Positions 1 through 12,298 of a DNA stretch of 64,000 nt are shown here, piece after piece. Below the pieces are notes generated by a model, which saw only the letters and a list, made by a program, of their open reading frames with translations, was not told the DNA's origin and did no database searches. The stretch comes from Basidiobolus meristosporus CBS 931.73 (taxonomy: Eukaryota > Fungi > Basidiobolomycota), in contig MCFE01000029.1 in the NCBI GenBank assembly GCA_002104905.1, positions 1 to 64,000 of the forward strand, written 5' to 3'. The position numbers and the translations under genes were made by a program. Each line of letters begins with the position of its first letter. The first letter of the stretch is position 1.

Positions 1-3000
1 TGCATCAACCTGATACTCCGGCCCAAAGCAATCAAAGATGTATCAGATACATTGCATTTACTTTTGCACAAGGTGGAGTGCAATGTTGATCAAGAAAATC
101 TGCTGCAGACGCTCTTTCCATTGGCACACATACACATTCAGATGGAGAATATCAAGCTAAGGCAATTACAAGCAAGCGGTGAAAGTGAACTGGGGCATTA
201 CTCCAAGGACCAACTAATATTAGCCGAAAGAAATCTCCAATCATATCTGGAGCACATGAGCAAAGTTCAGATGCACCCGTTAGTGGAATATTTCATTGAA
301 ATGATACAGTCAAATGATATGAGGCAGTACGATGAATTTGCCAGCTGTCTATTGGAATTTGCCCAGTACACTACCATGAGAGGCGCATCTGGCGCACGCA
401 ACAAACGTCCAAAAGAGCTTCAAGTGTCTATGGAGTGGTTTTGGCGTGAGATTCTTCTGATCGTTTCTTATAACCTTACACCGAACGAAGTTCCAAGTGA
501 TTTTCCTATCAAGCTCCAAAAATACACCAGTAACATGTCAAGAACTCTGCTTTGCTATGGCCGCCCCTTGGAAATATTAAATGGGGATTCATTATCCATT
601 AACGCTACGTATCTGACTGAAGTGTTACAATACTTGGGTGGAAAAAACCTGCTCGTATGCTCCATCCTTGGCCCCCAGAGCTCTGCAAAGTCCACTTTAC
701 TGAACTATCTTTTTGGCGCTGATTTCCAAGTATCGGCTGGCCGCTGTACCAAAGGAATGTATGCATCTCTCTTTTCGACTGAATACAAGGGAGCAGACAA
801 TCTTCTGGTGCTTGATACCGAGGGACTGCTGAGCATTGAGAAGGAGGATAAGCTTTTTGACAAACAAATGACCCTTCTGGCGCTGGCAATGTCACATATA
901 GTGTTAATCAATATCAAAGGCGAGATGGGAACAGATATGAAGGATATCCTGGAGGTTACTCTTCTTGGATTGCAACGTTTGCGCGTCAGCTTTCCACAAC
1001 CCAAAATATACTTTATCCTTCGTGACATGGTGGATCTAGATAAAACCAAGCAGCAAAATAGCATAAAGAGTATTCAAAAAGCTATCACCGACGTGGCAAA
1101 GAGTTTGCATTTTGAATTTGACCAGATTGATGAAGACTCGTTTATACTACTGCCACCAGCCTTCTCTCATGGTCAGCTCAAAGACAATTTGATGCTTGGC
1201 CCATTGTACACTAGGAGTAATATATTCAGTGCAAAGGTTGCTGAGCTGCAATCGCTTATACTTAGCAATGCCAGTATGCTCTCAACAAGCACACAGCCAG
1301 CAGAGAATGCTATATTCACCAACACCGATCAATGGGTGGCACACGTCAGTGCTGTTTGGCAAAGTGTGCAGCAATATGGAGATTTCCTTAACTTCAGTAC
1401 CCTAAAGGAGTACTATGACCGCAATCACTTGGGCCGTATCTTGCAAAACATAATCAAGGATACATTAGATGGTGAAATGGTTGCAGAGGCAAAAGAATTT
1501 CAAGCGCAGACTCTAAACCTTGCAAGCCGTGTGGCGGAGTCCAGCATAGAGTACAGACACCTGGCTGAAGCAAAAAAAGCAACCAACAACCATTTCCAAA
1601 ATGTTCTCTTCCCAAGATACCATGAGAAGGTGAAGGAGGCATTTTTTCAGCGAACAAAAGATTTGCGTTTGACAGAAGGCCTGAAGCAGGAATACGAACA
1701 GACCTTGGAGAATGTTTGGAATCAAATGAATGACTACCTTTACCAAGAAACTGAAAACAAGATGTCTCGTGGTTTAGTCCAAGTTGCTATAGGAAAAGCG
1801 ATCAGAACTGTCCGTGAATGGATCGATAAAAATATCACTGAACAGCCTACCAGTACTGGGGAGCAGACATTAATCCGACAGTTTGAAGCAACTTGGGACC
1901 TAGTTAGACAGCAACTAGTCAAAAAACTTAAGGAGTATCAACCAGATGTCAGTAAGATCCAACAGGATCTATGGCGAGACTTTAAAATGGTCTTCAAAGC
2001 AAATCCCAGGCTAATGGTAACCCTCAACTCTCTAAAACCTGCGGAGCTGCAGGACTTGAAGCTATTGGGCTCCATGAATCCACACTCTACCTCCTTTTCT
2101 GATGGCTGGCGAGAGGAACTCCGAAATTATGTTACTTCCAACAGCCAGATTGGGTATATCATGCATCTATTCAATATGGCAAATGCAATTGAGCAGCCAT
2201 GGTACAAGATATTGTGTACAGTCTCTGGTTACCTTTCGGCCATTCTGGGAAGGGATCGGAACAACTTTTGGAATAGCTCTACTGTGCAACAAGAAATCAT
2301 AAAATTTGATAACTTGTTGGTTCAGTTGGAAGAGCAATTCCTTACGGAGAAAAAGTACACATTTAGCCCTAACTTCCACAGCTTATGGTAAGTAGTCTAA
2401 GCAAATCTCTTGATCCAAATATGGTGTACTAATATACACCTATTGCATTCTAGTTTTGGCGACTTCTTCAATGTGCTGGTGAATGTGCTTCATGAACAAC
2501 ACCTAGAACATTTTGATGAAAGTATGAATGAATTTAGCCAGAGTAGACAAGGCCTGCTAGATGCTTTTATAGGGTTAATGAAATCGCGGTATGACGATGT
2601 TAAGACCAGCTCCTATATTGCCTCTCTGTTTATCGCCGCTGTTTCCAAAAAAATCACACAATCAATGGCAGAGGAATACATAGACAAAGTCAAAGAAGCA
2701 GCTTCCCTTACAGCTGAAGAGCTACTGGCCAAATGTGAGAGATGCAATGGAGAACAAGAAATATTCGAGTACGTAACAGATATGCCAAATTTCATGAAAT
2801 CCGTTTTTGATCGACACCTCAATGAGCAAAAATCAAGTGTCATTCGTGGCTACTTCAATGGAGAGTATGCTTTGCAAGTAACCAAGGAGCTAAATAACAT
2901 TAATGAACGAGTCATCCAGTGGAGTGGTATATGCAAGGAATCCTTGGAAAATCATCGAAACAGCATCTGGATGGGTAGCCAAGAGGGGAAACATCACTTG

Positions 3001-3882
3001 GCAAGGGGAATTTACCAATTCTTTCTAGGCTATATGCATGGCCGTCCACTCCAACACTTTCTTCAAGATTACACTGAGCTTGTTGATTTGTTGCCAAAAT
3101 GTACTACGCGCAACCCAAATCTTGCGTATCTATTTGCAGCAGTTCCAACACAGGTTGCAATTGGAGATCCTCAAGCGTTTGCACAAGGCTTAATCAAGCA
3201 ACTATTCAAGCTCAAGCATACCATTATGGCGTTTTGTCCGTCCAGTGTGTTAGACCAGGACCTTTACACTCAGATGTGGGATCGCGCTAGCGGGTGTCAT
3301 AAGCTTTGTCCTTTCTGCCGAGCAAAATGCTCAGATCCAAATCCAGGTCATGTTAAGCACGCAACAATAGCACACCGTCTGACCGCTTTTGCTGGATGCG
3401 GCATTCATCGTACACAGAAATTCTACTTTGGAATATGTACTTCTGTTGCAACTCATACCAGCAAATGGACTAAATCAGATACAGAGCCTGCAACATTCCT
3501 CCCGTTCGATGAATTCTTGAAGAAATATTATCCCAACTGGACAGTTCCGTTGAATGATGATGCTGAAGTCACCACCACAAGTAAGCGCAGATGGTATATA
3601 GTTCGTCGTAGACTTTGTGAGTATTACGATCGTGTGGATAATACTCCTGACGATTGGAAGAATGTCTTCGAAGGATGCTGCTCAATCTGCCAGCATGAAA
3701 TTGGGAGCCGCACTTGTGGAGAGCTACGTCGCACCCAGTGTGGCCACCAGATAGGCTCTCTATGCCTTGCGCGTCTGATGGCCAGACCATTAAGAGAACA
3801 TACATGTCCTGTTTGTAGGCGGAACATATGTAAAATACAGTTTCTCTCATATTCCATACGTTGTACTAATACAAGCTTTTAA
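1..3882 (+). CDS. Very large inducible GTPase (VLIG/GVIN1/URGCP-like) with a C-terminal Cys/His-rich region and RING finger; 5'-partial. Exons <1-2387 and 2454-3882
   Basis: Frame 1 is open from base 1. G1 is GPQSSAKS (670-693), G2 GRCTKG, G3 DTEG, and the G4-like motif is FILRD. A 66-nt intron (GTAAGT 2388 ... TACTAAT ... TAG 2453) joins the two ORFs in phase. The C-terminal GCHKLCPFCRAKC..H..H..H motif is typical of GVIN1/URGCP. A RING-like motif lies at 3679-3816. Confidence 0.85.
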
Positions 3883-4829
3883 TTTGCAGAACTAGCCCTC
3901 AGTATGTGGCTTTTCTTAGGTATTAGCGTTGTGTGAGTATACAATGTTGCATACATGGGCAATAGCCAAGTAAGAAGTTGAAGGCCAGCCGAAATATTTG
4001 TCGATCTAAATAAATAATCAGAATAGTGCTCAGAAACACTGATGTGCTCTTGAATTTCTGTTAAGCTATTGGAAATTTCAAACAATTGGAATACACGATA
4101 GCTACTTTCCTAGCTCTTTTCTGGACAGGCATCATTGAGGGTGTCTGTCATTGGAAGTAAATGCTCTCAACGTGAAATGGAATTCGAAATTTTTATCTCC
4201 CAGAAAATGCACATACAGCCATTGAGATCTGGTACCTTGGTCAAGGCATAACCACTGGCCCTTACCCTGAAAAGCTATGCTGGATTTCATTACCTTGACA
4301 GTTGAGGCGACAAATCAATGTCTTCCTGGATTCCCTGATGATCCAAATGAGAGGATGGAAGGCTCCAAGGTTTCCATATCCTGTCTCACCACTTTTGACA
4401 GCATTGATCTGGAGAGAAGCGGCATATCAAAAAGTGTCTAGGCTTTTAGAAAGCACTGGGCTTGTGTGGCACAGAATACTGTGTGCAGCAGGGCAGTTGG
4501 CATTCCCTAAGTAATCAGCCCCAAAAACCACTTCCAATGTTACGGTTCGCAGTTAAAGGAGCCAGTATGGTGATAGGATTCAAGAAATCCTACAATGAAA
4601 GAAACATGGCTAGTAGTATGGATGCTTCTGTCTGAAGTACTATCGTTTACTTCGGTATTCCGACCCCCACCGATACTGAGAGAATATTGATACAGGAACC
4701 GTCAAATATAGAACAAGCTGCAATACACGTAGTCTGAAAGTTAGAGCCTTAATGTTTGCTGTAAGGAATTTATAACGAGGATTGTTTGTCAATAAATGGA
4801 AAGAGGGGAGTAACAAGGATCCATTAGTT

Positions 4830-6754
4830 CTAGTGCGTTGTTGCATCATCAGTTGAAGATTCACTGTCTCGAGCGTACCATACCAATGTTGCAATACCAA
4901 TCAGTGCAGCTAGTATGCAGCCAATTAATGCACCAATGCTTTTGCCAGTAAATCTTCCAGGCAGCGGATTCGGTCCATCAGGATAGCCTGGCAAATCCAA
5001 CCCGGCATTTCCCATGGCGTTCCCGCTGGTTTTGATTCCCAAGGCAGCACAATTGTCGAATGATTGCTGCGGAATCTTCATGCTCTCTTGGATTTTGGAT
5101 GGTGCCTCTATGATGGTGATCGCTAGCCCCGCTTCGAGGTGCCATTCAATGTGACAATGAAATGGCCATACTCCTGGATTGTCTGCGCGAAATCGGAGAA
5201 CTACGTAACCTTGAGCTGGGACTTGCACGGTATCTCTTCGAATTGGATTTAATTGCTCTTTTACCGGATTGCTAGCTGCGTCGTATCCCCCAGCATTCTT
5301 GGCACTGCGCTCCATCACCTGAAATTGGTGCCCATGCAGATGGAATGGATGATCGTCGGCGTCCCAGTTGTTGACAACTAGCTCAACCATCTGGTTGTGC
5401 TCCAGGACAAAGGCATTGCTGTGTTTTCCGTACACTCTAGTGTCACTAGACATCTCCCCCATGCTATAGGCGGTGAATAGGGTAGGAACTGATGGCGGTA
5501 TGTATGTAACATTGTTAAACATGGCACGGTTGACTCCGTTGTCCAGTACATCGAATAGTACATTGAGCTCAATGCGAAAGTCGGGTGGAGCGGAGGCAGC
5601 GGCGATTATTGGCACCAAAGAGATGTCATCTAACACTGAGTCTGGCTGGCTCGAATTGCCTGAAGCGTACAGCAGCGCATTAGGGTCGTAAATCACCGTG
5701 GCATTGATGTTGGGGTCAAGGACGGGATTGGCCGTTGCGAACATAGAGAGGTCTATGTCAGCATGCATCACATAGTTGTTGGCGACTGTGTCCTTGGCGT
5801 GGACGAGCACCGAATATCGCTGAGCAGCAGTGATCGGCAATACATCTACCGTTTGAATATTGACATCGACACCATCAACCTCTATTATATCCAGGCTATG
5901 GCCATCAATATGAAAATTAAACATCGCAAAGGCTGACATGTTTAGGATTCGTAGCCGATATACCTTTCCCGGAATAAAGGTAAAAGTTGCATTCTGAGAT
6001 CCGTTAATCAACCCTGCATCGGGGACTGGCTCGGCACCGGAAGGATTGTAGACACTCAAGTAATTCGCCAACAGAACACTGTGCTCCTGATGATACCAAT
6101 CGACGAGAGACACAATATATTCATGGTCGTAGGTGTACACTTCTTTCGGCGGACGAAGAACGACGGGTGCCCGTAGGCCATCCACATACTGACCTTGGAA
6201 GTGGCTGTGTATCCAGTATGTTCCGTATTGCTGCACCGGGATGTGGTAGGTAAAGTTCCCTCCGGGTGGTATTGGGCTAATGGTTGGTATAGTATGAGTG
6301 CCATTTGTCTGATGCGAAAAGATCTTTTGGCTTACCATTGCTGGAACATGGCAGCACCATCATAGTAGTTGGTTCCGTTTTGAAAGACGCCGTGGGCGTG
6401 CAATGAGCTCCCCTTGTCTAAAGAATTATGCTGCACAGATGTTGTTACTTTGTCTATTCGCAGGTTCAACTTCTCCCCTACTAACCACATTAATAGTAAG
6501 AGTATCACCCACACTCGCCTCCAGCTCAGGGACCCTAGTTAGGCATAGGTGAGCACGCTGCTCAATCGTTGTACCGAAAGCTCTGGAACCACTTACGGGA
6601 ATTGCCCATTCACGCCAAGAACTCTGCGTGGATGCCCCCCAACTGGGTCCACGTTATCGATGTACGTGATATCCCAGTAGAGAACTCTATCAATTGCTAG
6701 AACCAAACTCCCTGTGGACAAGAGCGGTAGTATCAGTGCCTTAGCGAGATGCAT
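4830..6754 (-). CDS. FET3: Fet3-type multicopper ferroxidase with signal peptide and C-terminal transmembrane anchor. Exons 6754-6597, 6534-6486, 6430-6336, 6276-4830
   Basis: Copper motifs HAHG, WIHSH, HPFHLHGH and HCHIEWH are present. NPSGAEPVP and NNWDADDHPFH resemble the Fet3 E185 and D409 regions. The C-terminal PGRFTGKSIGALIGCILAALIGIATLVWY is a Fet3-like TM segment. Three GT-AG introns keep the frame. Confidence 0.9.
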
Positions 6755-7376
6755 GTTCGGTAACAACGGATGGAAAAGAATAGGATCGACCAAGGTGGTA
6801 TTAGCGAAAAGCAGACGGCTATTTGAGCGGAATTGGCCTGTGTCTCTGTCAAGGCTGATGTCTCAGCTCGGTATTCGTGTAGGAATGGCAGTAGTCACAA
6901 ATGAGATATGATCATACACAATAGGGTAGCGATGAAGGAGGTTGCTTTCTATTGGTTCCACGCCCAGACTCAACCAAGTATCTAGAGCCTGTGCAGTTTC
7001 AATTGGTCAGTGTTCAAGTGAAGTTAGAGAGGTCAGGCTCGTGACTATCGTTGGCAGGCGCCACACAGCACAGTTCGCTTGGACATGAGCTTAACTTATC
7101 ACATGTACTATTAGCTCAATTAGTAATCAGAGTTTAAAATGAATACTTCTCTTGAATATGCGTCTTGGCTCGATTCAACAGGATTGGGCGGCTACCAACT
7201 TCAATGGCCAATGGAGGAGGCCAGTGGCCATTACATCTTTGCTTGCTGAGGTAACGAATGACGGGATTATCTGTCAACATGGGTTGCAGCGCCTGAACCC
7301 ACCGCTCGAACTGTAGGTTAGCACAGCTATCAGTTAAATACTGATCTATGCAACTGCAGATCTTTCGTTGATTTGC

Positions 7377-7437
7377 TTATCAGATGAATTGAGATCAACC
7401 TCGTCATCCCCGCGGTTCAACATACTGAATCAGATAA
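7377..7437. promoter_or_regulatory. Two SreA/Fep1-type iron-responsive GATA boxes (ATCWGATAA) upstream of FET3
   Basis: TTATCAGAT at 7377-7385 (ATCTGATAA on the minus strand) and ATCAGATAA at 7429-7437, about 620-680 bp upstream of the FET3 ATG. A further TGATAAG lies near 7095-7101. Confidence 0.65.
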
Positions 7438-8077
7438 AATCGACGCTTCTACCCTGCAACATACCAAAGAAGATTCTGTTGTGGCAGGGGAGATTGTACA
7501 GCTCTAGATGTGTCAACCTCGATGTGGAATCACTTCACGCACTCCTTGCCATTAAAGCGAAAGATGGACTTGGGCCTACCGGGCAAGCACTAATTTCGAC
7601 CAAGAGGATGTACATTGGGTACTGAAGTTGACAGAGTATCTGGGAGAAGAGAGTGGTTTCAGTCGCGCGCGTTTGATGAGCTAACACGCTGAAAGATCGA
7701 ATCGTGATTGTTAGGTTGTATACAAATGGATACTGTGGGCCAAATTGCCCAGAGAAGAGTGACTCGACTAATCTTGATACTTTTACAGGGATTTCATTGG
7801 ATTGTCAGCCGGGACTAAGTCACAGACTGTTAAATATGACGCCCAGCAGTGGTCGACGTGGATCCGCATATTCGACTCGGCAAGCTTGAATTCCATTCAC
7901 TGTTGTCGATCTAGCAGCTGGATCACGACTCCCAATGAAGTTCGCGTAAATCACAAATCATGCGTCTTTGATGTAAACCCATAATATGGTTCAACACGAA
8001 CAGATAAGTGGGGATTTATTCATTGCATGTAGCATACATGAATCCTACGCTAGTAGCTTGTGTTCAGGCATAGCGGC

Positions 8078-10711
8078 TCAGGGTAGGAGCACCGCTTTGG
8101 TAATATCTGGGAATGGGAATCTGTCCAACGACTTGGCGTCCACTTTGCCACTGATATCGAGGAAGACTGACATGAACTGAGTGGTTTGCTTGGAGGAGGC
8201 GGCCGACAGGACTAGGCCATCTTTTGTCTGGCTGACGCTGGCACCGTTCACACCAACGACTGTAGAGTTAAATGGGAACGAGAGCGTCCATTGATCTGTG
8301 ATAGCATTCCCAGGCTTTTGGGAGGTGATTTTGACCTATAGAGAATGCATCAGTACCTGTACATATAAATTTCGCTCGGACACCGGATACTCACTCCCAT
8401 CTGGAACTTATTGGATTCAAGCATGAGATTGCTGAAGGTGACTAGGAAATTACCAAGATTCTTCTCGACCAGGAAGTCGGTTGGCTGGGTAGCAGGGGGC
8501 TTGACCTGTGGATCAGGGATGCCCCGACGCGATCTCCTACGTAGAGAGGTACAAGCACCCAGGTCAGTCCAGACGTTCTGTCCATTATTCCCTGGGGTGT
8601 CATTCTGAGTCCACCATTTGGCCTGCCACAGGCGGCCATTGTGGCTAACCTTCTGGCCTCCATTGTATGCGACGCTTGAGACCCATGCCGCCACTCCAGC
8701 GCATGAGCCGCCAGGAGTTGGGGTGTTCGTTGGCTGCGAGGTGGTGGTGGTGGTGATTGTAGTAGGTACACTTGATGTGGTTTTGGTAGTGTCTGTAGTT
8801 GTTGGCTTCGATGTGGTTGTGGGGACAGGAGTTGGAGTTACGGTTGGATTAGGACCATTGCCGGAGCACCCGCTGATTGCACTCCAATACCCAGCGGAGA
8901 CGCCAGGTGCCTGGCCTTGGGTCCACCACAGAGCTTTCCATATGTATCCACTGTATGAGACGACAGAGCCGCCTGGGTAGGAGCCAGCCTGAGTCCATAC
9001 CGGAGCAGAACTGCATGATGGTAGGTTTGGTTTGACGTTGCACCCCCCACCATTCTTTAAGAACTACACAAGGTTTCATCGAGTTAAGGGCCGGGTATAT
9101 TCTGGAATCTGGCTTACCCCCAACGTACCTGCTTGGTAGCCTGGCCGTAATTTCCTCCTGCAACGCTATTTCCCCAAGCTTGAGATGCATCCCAAAACAT
9201 CACCCCACCGAAGCTGGTGAAGTTGGCACGTGTTTGCTGTGCTATCGTCTTGAGCTGATCAATGGTGACGTAGCTAGTGAAGGTTGAGCAGACTGGTTAG
9301 TGGGCACTGGCCAGAGATGAGCACTAGATGGCTTACCCTGATCCAGCGGCCTTTGGAGCAGCCGGAGCACCGATGTAGACCTTGACATCTGGGTTGGGAG
9401 AAATATGAGTAGCCCAATAATCCCAAACACCGTAGTTCCATGCTTGGTAATTGTTGTAGTATTGCAGGCCACCTATCATACCGAAAGAGCATTGGGTGAA
9501 TCAGCTGAATCCCAAGATGGGCAACCTTCGGAACTTACAAGGGTTGTTGTAGAATTGCACAAAAACAAGATCGAACCAGGCATTGTTCAGAGTACTTCCA
9601 AGTTGGCCATCTAGTATGCAAAGGGGGGAATTTCAGCAAGGCTCCACAACCTGAAGCATATCCAAATAATTCAAACCAGGATATACGCATTGTGGCGCGG
9701 CCGCAATCAAGTACTTTTTGCTGGTGTCCTGCTGGTAGTATGAACGGAGCTGATTAACAAAAGCGACATATCCGGTGGGTCCACCACCTTCGATGTCGAG
9801 ATCAACGCCATCCAAAACTGCATTGCCGAAGGGTCTTGTATCTGATTTACCACCAAGGAATAGATTCCTAGGATCATCCGGGTTGATTGTTGGTTTGCAA
9901 GATGGATCTGATGCTTGAGCGACCCTTACCATACTTGAGTAGCAAACCCTTTAGCCTGAGTATCATCTGAGAATCCATAGGACCCTCCGGCACCCCCAAG
10001 GGAAAGGATGACCGATTTTCCGCGAGACTGGCAGAACTTGATATCCTCGCCTATGCTTGGACAATTGACCATGTTGGTGTTGGGGAAAGTGGCGTTGTCT
10101 TTCATATTACAAGTCTAGGAATCGTGAATGTCAGACGGATGTTTAACTTATATTCTGCGTGAGAGGCGGCCTACATTAGCCAAGTTCAACTCGGGGAATC
10201 CTCCCTTTCCAAAGAACGTGTTCAAGAATGCTTAATGAAAAGGTTAGAGGAGTTCGGGCGATAACAAGTTGTAGGACAAGGTAGAAACTCACAAACAGGG
10301 ATAACGTCGACCGTGTCATCTTGGCAATAGTATGCGAGATTTTTCTGCCATCCACTGGCGTCACCGCCTCCGCCACCATAGCTGTTTTGTCCCCTGTAAT
10401 GGATATGGATTAGGGCGTCTGAACGGAAATGCCAGTCATCGACGATAGCAGCGCGTTACCAATCTAAAGAGTAGGGAGCGAACATATGCAGTATTAATGG
10501 TAATGTGAGTGGACCCAGAGTATCACAAAGTAAACTTACAAGCTACAAGATTGTTGTTACAAGTGGCCTTTGGACGACACGGTGATAAGTAAATTTGAAA
10601 AGGGTGCATTCAATGGCTATAAGAGCCTGGACTTACGTCGAAGGCACTGGAGGAATTGAAGGTCACAGCAACCGAGGCTAGTAGAAATAGAGCTTTTGCG
10701 CGAAGACCCAT
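8078..10711 (-). CDS. Secreted GH18 class III (Cts1-like) chitinase with two CBM5/12 chitin-binding modules, a Thr-rich linker and a C-terminal extension; multi-exon
   Basis: Signal peptide [29 protein letters not shown] is rebuilt across a microexon. The catalytic motif is DGVDLDIE (DxxDxDxE); AAPQC, VQFYNN and GGVMFWD are also present. The two aromatic CBM5/12 repeats are WKALWWTQG and WQAKWWTQN. The last exon is 8335-8078. Confidence 0.92.
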
Positions 10712-12298
10712 GGCAGTCAGGAGAACGACACAGTTTCTGGAGAATAGCGGGTAGAATGGCAGGCTTAAATACATTTGCTGTACTCCAAAGGTACATGTCT
10801 AGTGGGAATGCTTGCAGACGATTTCTTTCTTTCCTGTCACTCTAATGGATCGGTATCATCTCACTTGTGCATTGTGGTACTCTTAGGTGCATTAATCTCA
10901 CCATTTCGGGCTCGCGATCACCATCTTCCAATTTAGTAACATATAGAGTGGAAATACTGCCTGGTAACAGTCGCGAGGAAAATGTCTGGTGGCTCGGTAC
11001 CAAGATGAACTAGTTTTATCACTAGTAGTGAGCACCAGACAGCAGGTGAGAATGCTCCTCGCTCAACGTTGGTGGTGACAGTAAGTATACTCACGGCCGC
11101 CAATATTAGTCAGATGAAATGTTGTGCACTCGACGAGCAGGTCCCTGGAAAGACAAGATGTTCGTAGCCAAGAGAACCACTGTTCCCTGCGAACTCCGAC
11201 TAATGGCCGATATGGACTCCGGATGAGGGCCCATGGCGATACGCAGATCCCCGAAGAGAAGCAACAGCAGCGTGCCATGATACTTTCGATGATCATGGCA
11301 GGTTAAGTCAAGGTGAATGCACAGTCAACTAGACGTATATTATTTCTATATCCATGGTAATCATCACCTATTTCATTCAGCTACTCGACAACCCCCTCCA
11401 AGACTTGGAATGGGCGTTCCACTCCCGAAGCCCACCGGCCGCACCAGCAACCTTGGCGATCCCCAGTTAGATTAGAATTGCTGCATCCTATGCACCATTG
11501 AATGGTGGCTTTTCGAGTGATTTGCCTGTTTGTAGGGAATCTATTTGCCAACACTATAGCCGAACACAGGGTGTGATCGCCATTGCCCAAGAATTAATTA
11601 AAGCAAATTGGGCTAGGATCTGGTTTATTGCAAGTGGATGGGAAAGACTTGCAAGCAGGCATTCAATGTTACATTTCAATGCAAACCTACAACCCTCTCT
11701 GCGGGAATCAAGCCCATCTTGCCTCTTTATATCCACTGGATTCATGACTCTGGAGATGTGCTTCGACTTGATCTAAACGAATTGGTTGCATTCTTCGTGA
11801 TTAAATGTAAATCCACTAAATTAAGTATCAGGTGATATATCGCATCAGACGACCAAATGCTGCTTGCACCATGGCGTGCTGTAGATACTGCGCTATCCCT
11901 GGCTCTGGTTTAGAAATGCCTTGTATGGTTGGGATTGGCATAGCAATAGACACTTGGTTTCTTCACCACTGATCAGTCGAATATAGAAGTTCGTAGCGGC
12001 AGGTTCTGGATCGACTGGGCCGGACCATCTTGGTTATATGCATGGTTAAATTTAAGTCGGTTAGCAATCTACCGCAGTGAAACTGTTCGTGACTGGCAAA
12101 CACAATCATCCAACCATGGAGTGTTTTCGGGATGATTTGTAGGCATAATAATGAATGAAAAAAGATCTCGTGTGCGATCGGCAACGATTAGCAGAGAATG
12201 AACTTTGGATCATATCAAAACAAGAAATAGCTGGGCTCAATTTTGTGTCAAGAACGATTCCCTCCTTTGTTGCGAGTGCTGCCTTTCTTCCCAGCAAC

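Noticed and set aside
52-1200. Sey1/RHD3 (atlastin-like ER fusogen) as the identity of the first gene
   Set aside because: The G2 region is GRCTKG (VLIG type), no C-terminal TM hairpin is present, and the protein ends in a GVIN-like Cys/His region and a RING.
4100-4620. Short ORFs between the GTPase and FET3
   Set aside because: No recognisable motif or coherent splice model.
4830-6754. Ligninolytic laccase
   Set aside because: The C-terminal TM anchor, Fet3-like acidic residues and upstream iron boxes fit a ferroxidase better.
7440-7990. Protein-like fragments upstream of FET3 (e.g. DQEDVHWVLKLTEYLGEE)
   Set aside because: Could not be joined into one ORF with a start codon, and no family match.
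11040-11840. Possible small spliced gene between the chitinase and RAD5
   Set aside because: Splice-like signals exist, but I found no consistent frame and no recognisable product.
12155-12298. N-terminal extension of RAD5 from the ORF track
   Set aside because: It looks like open 5' UTR. ATG 12299 is the more plausible start, though this is unproven.
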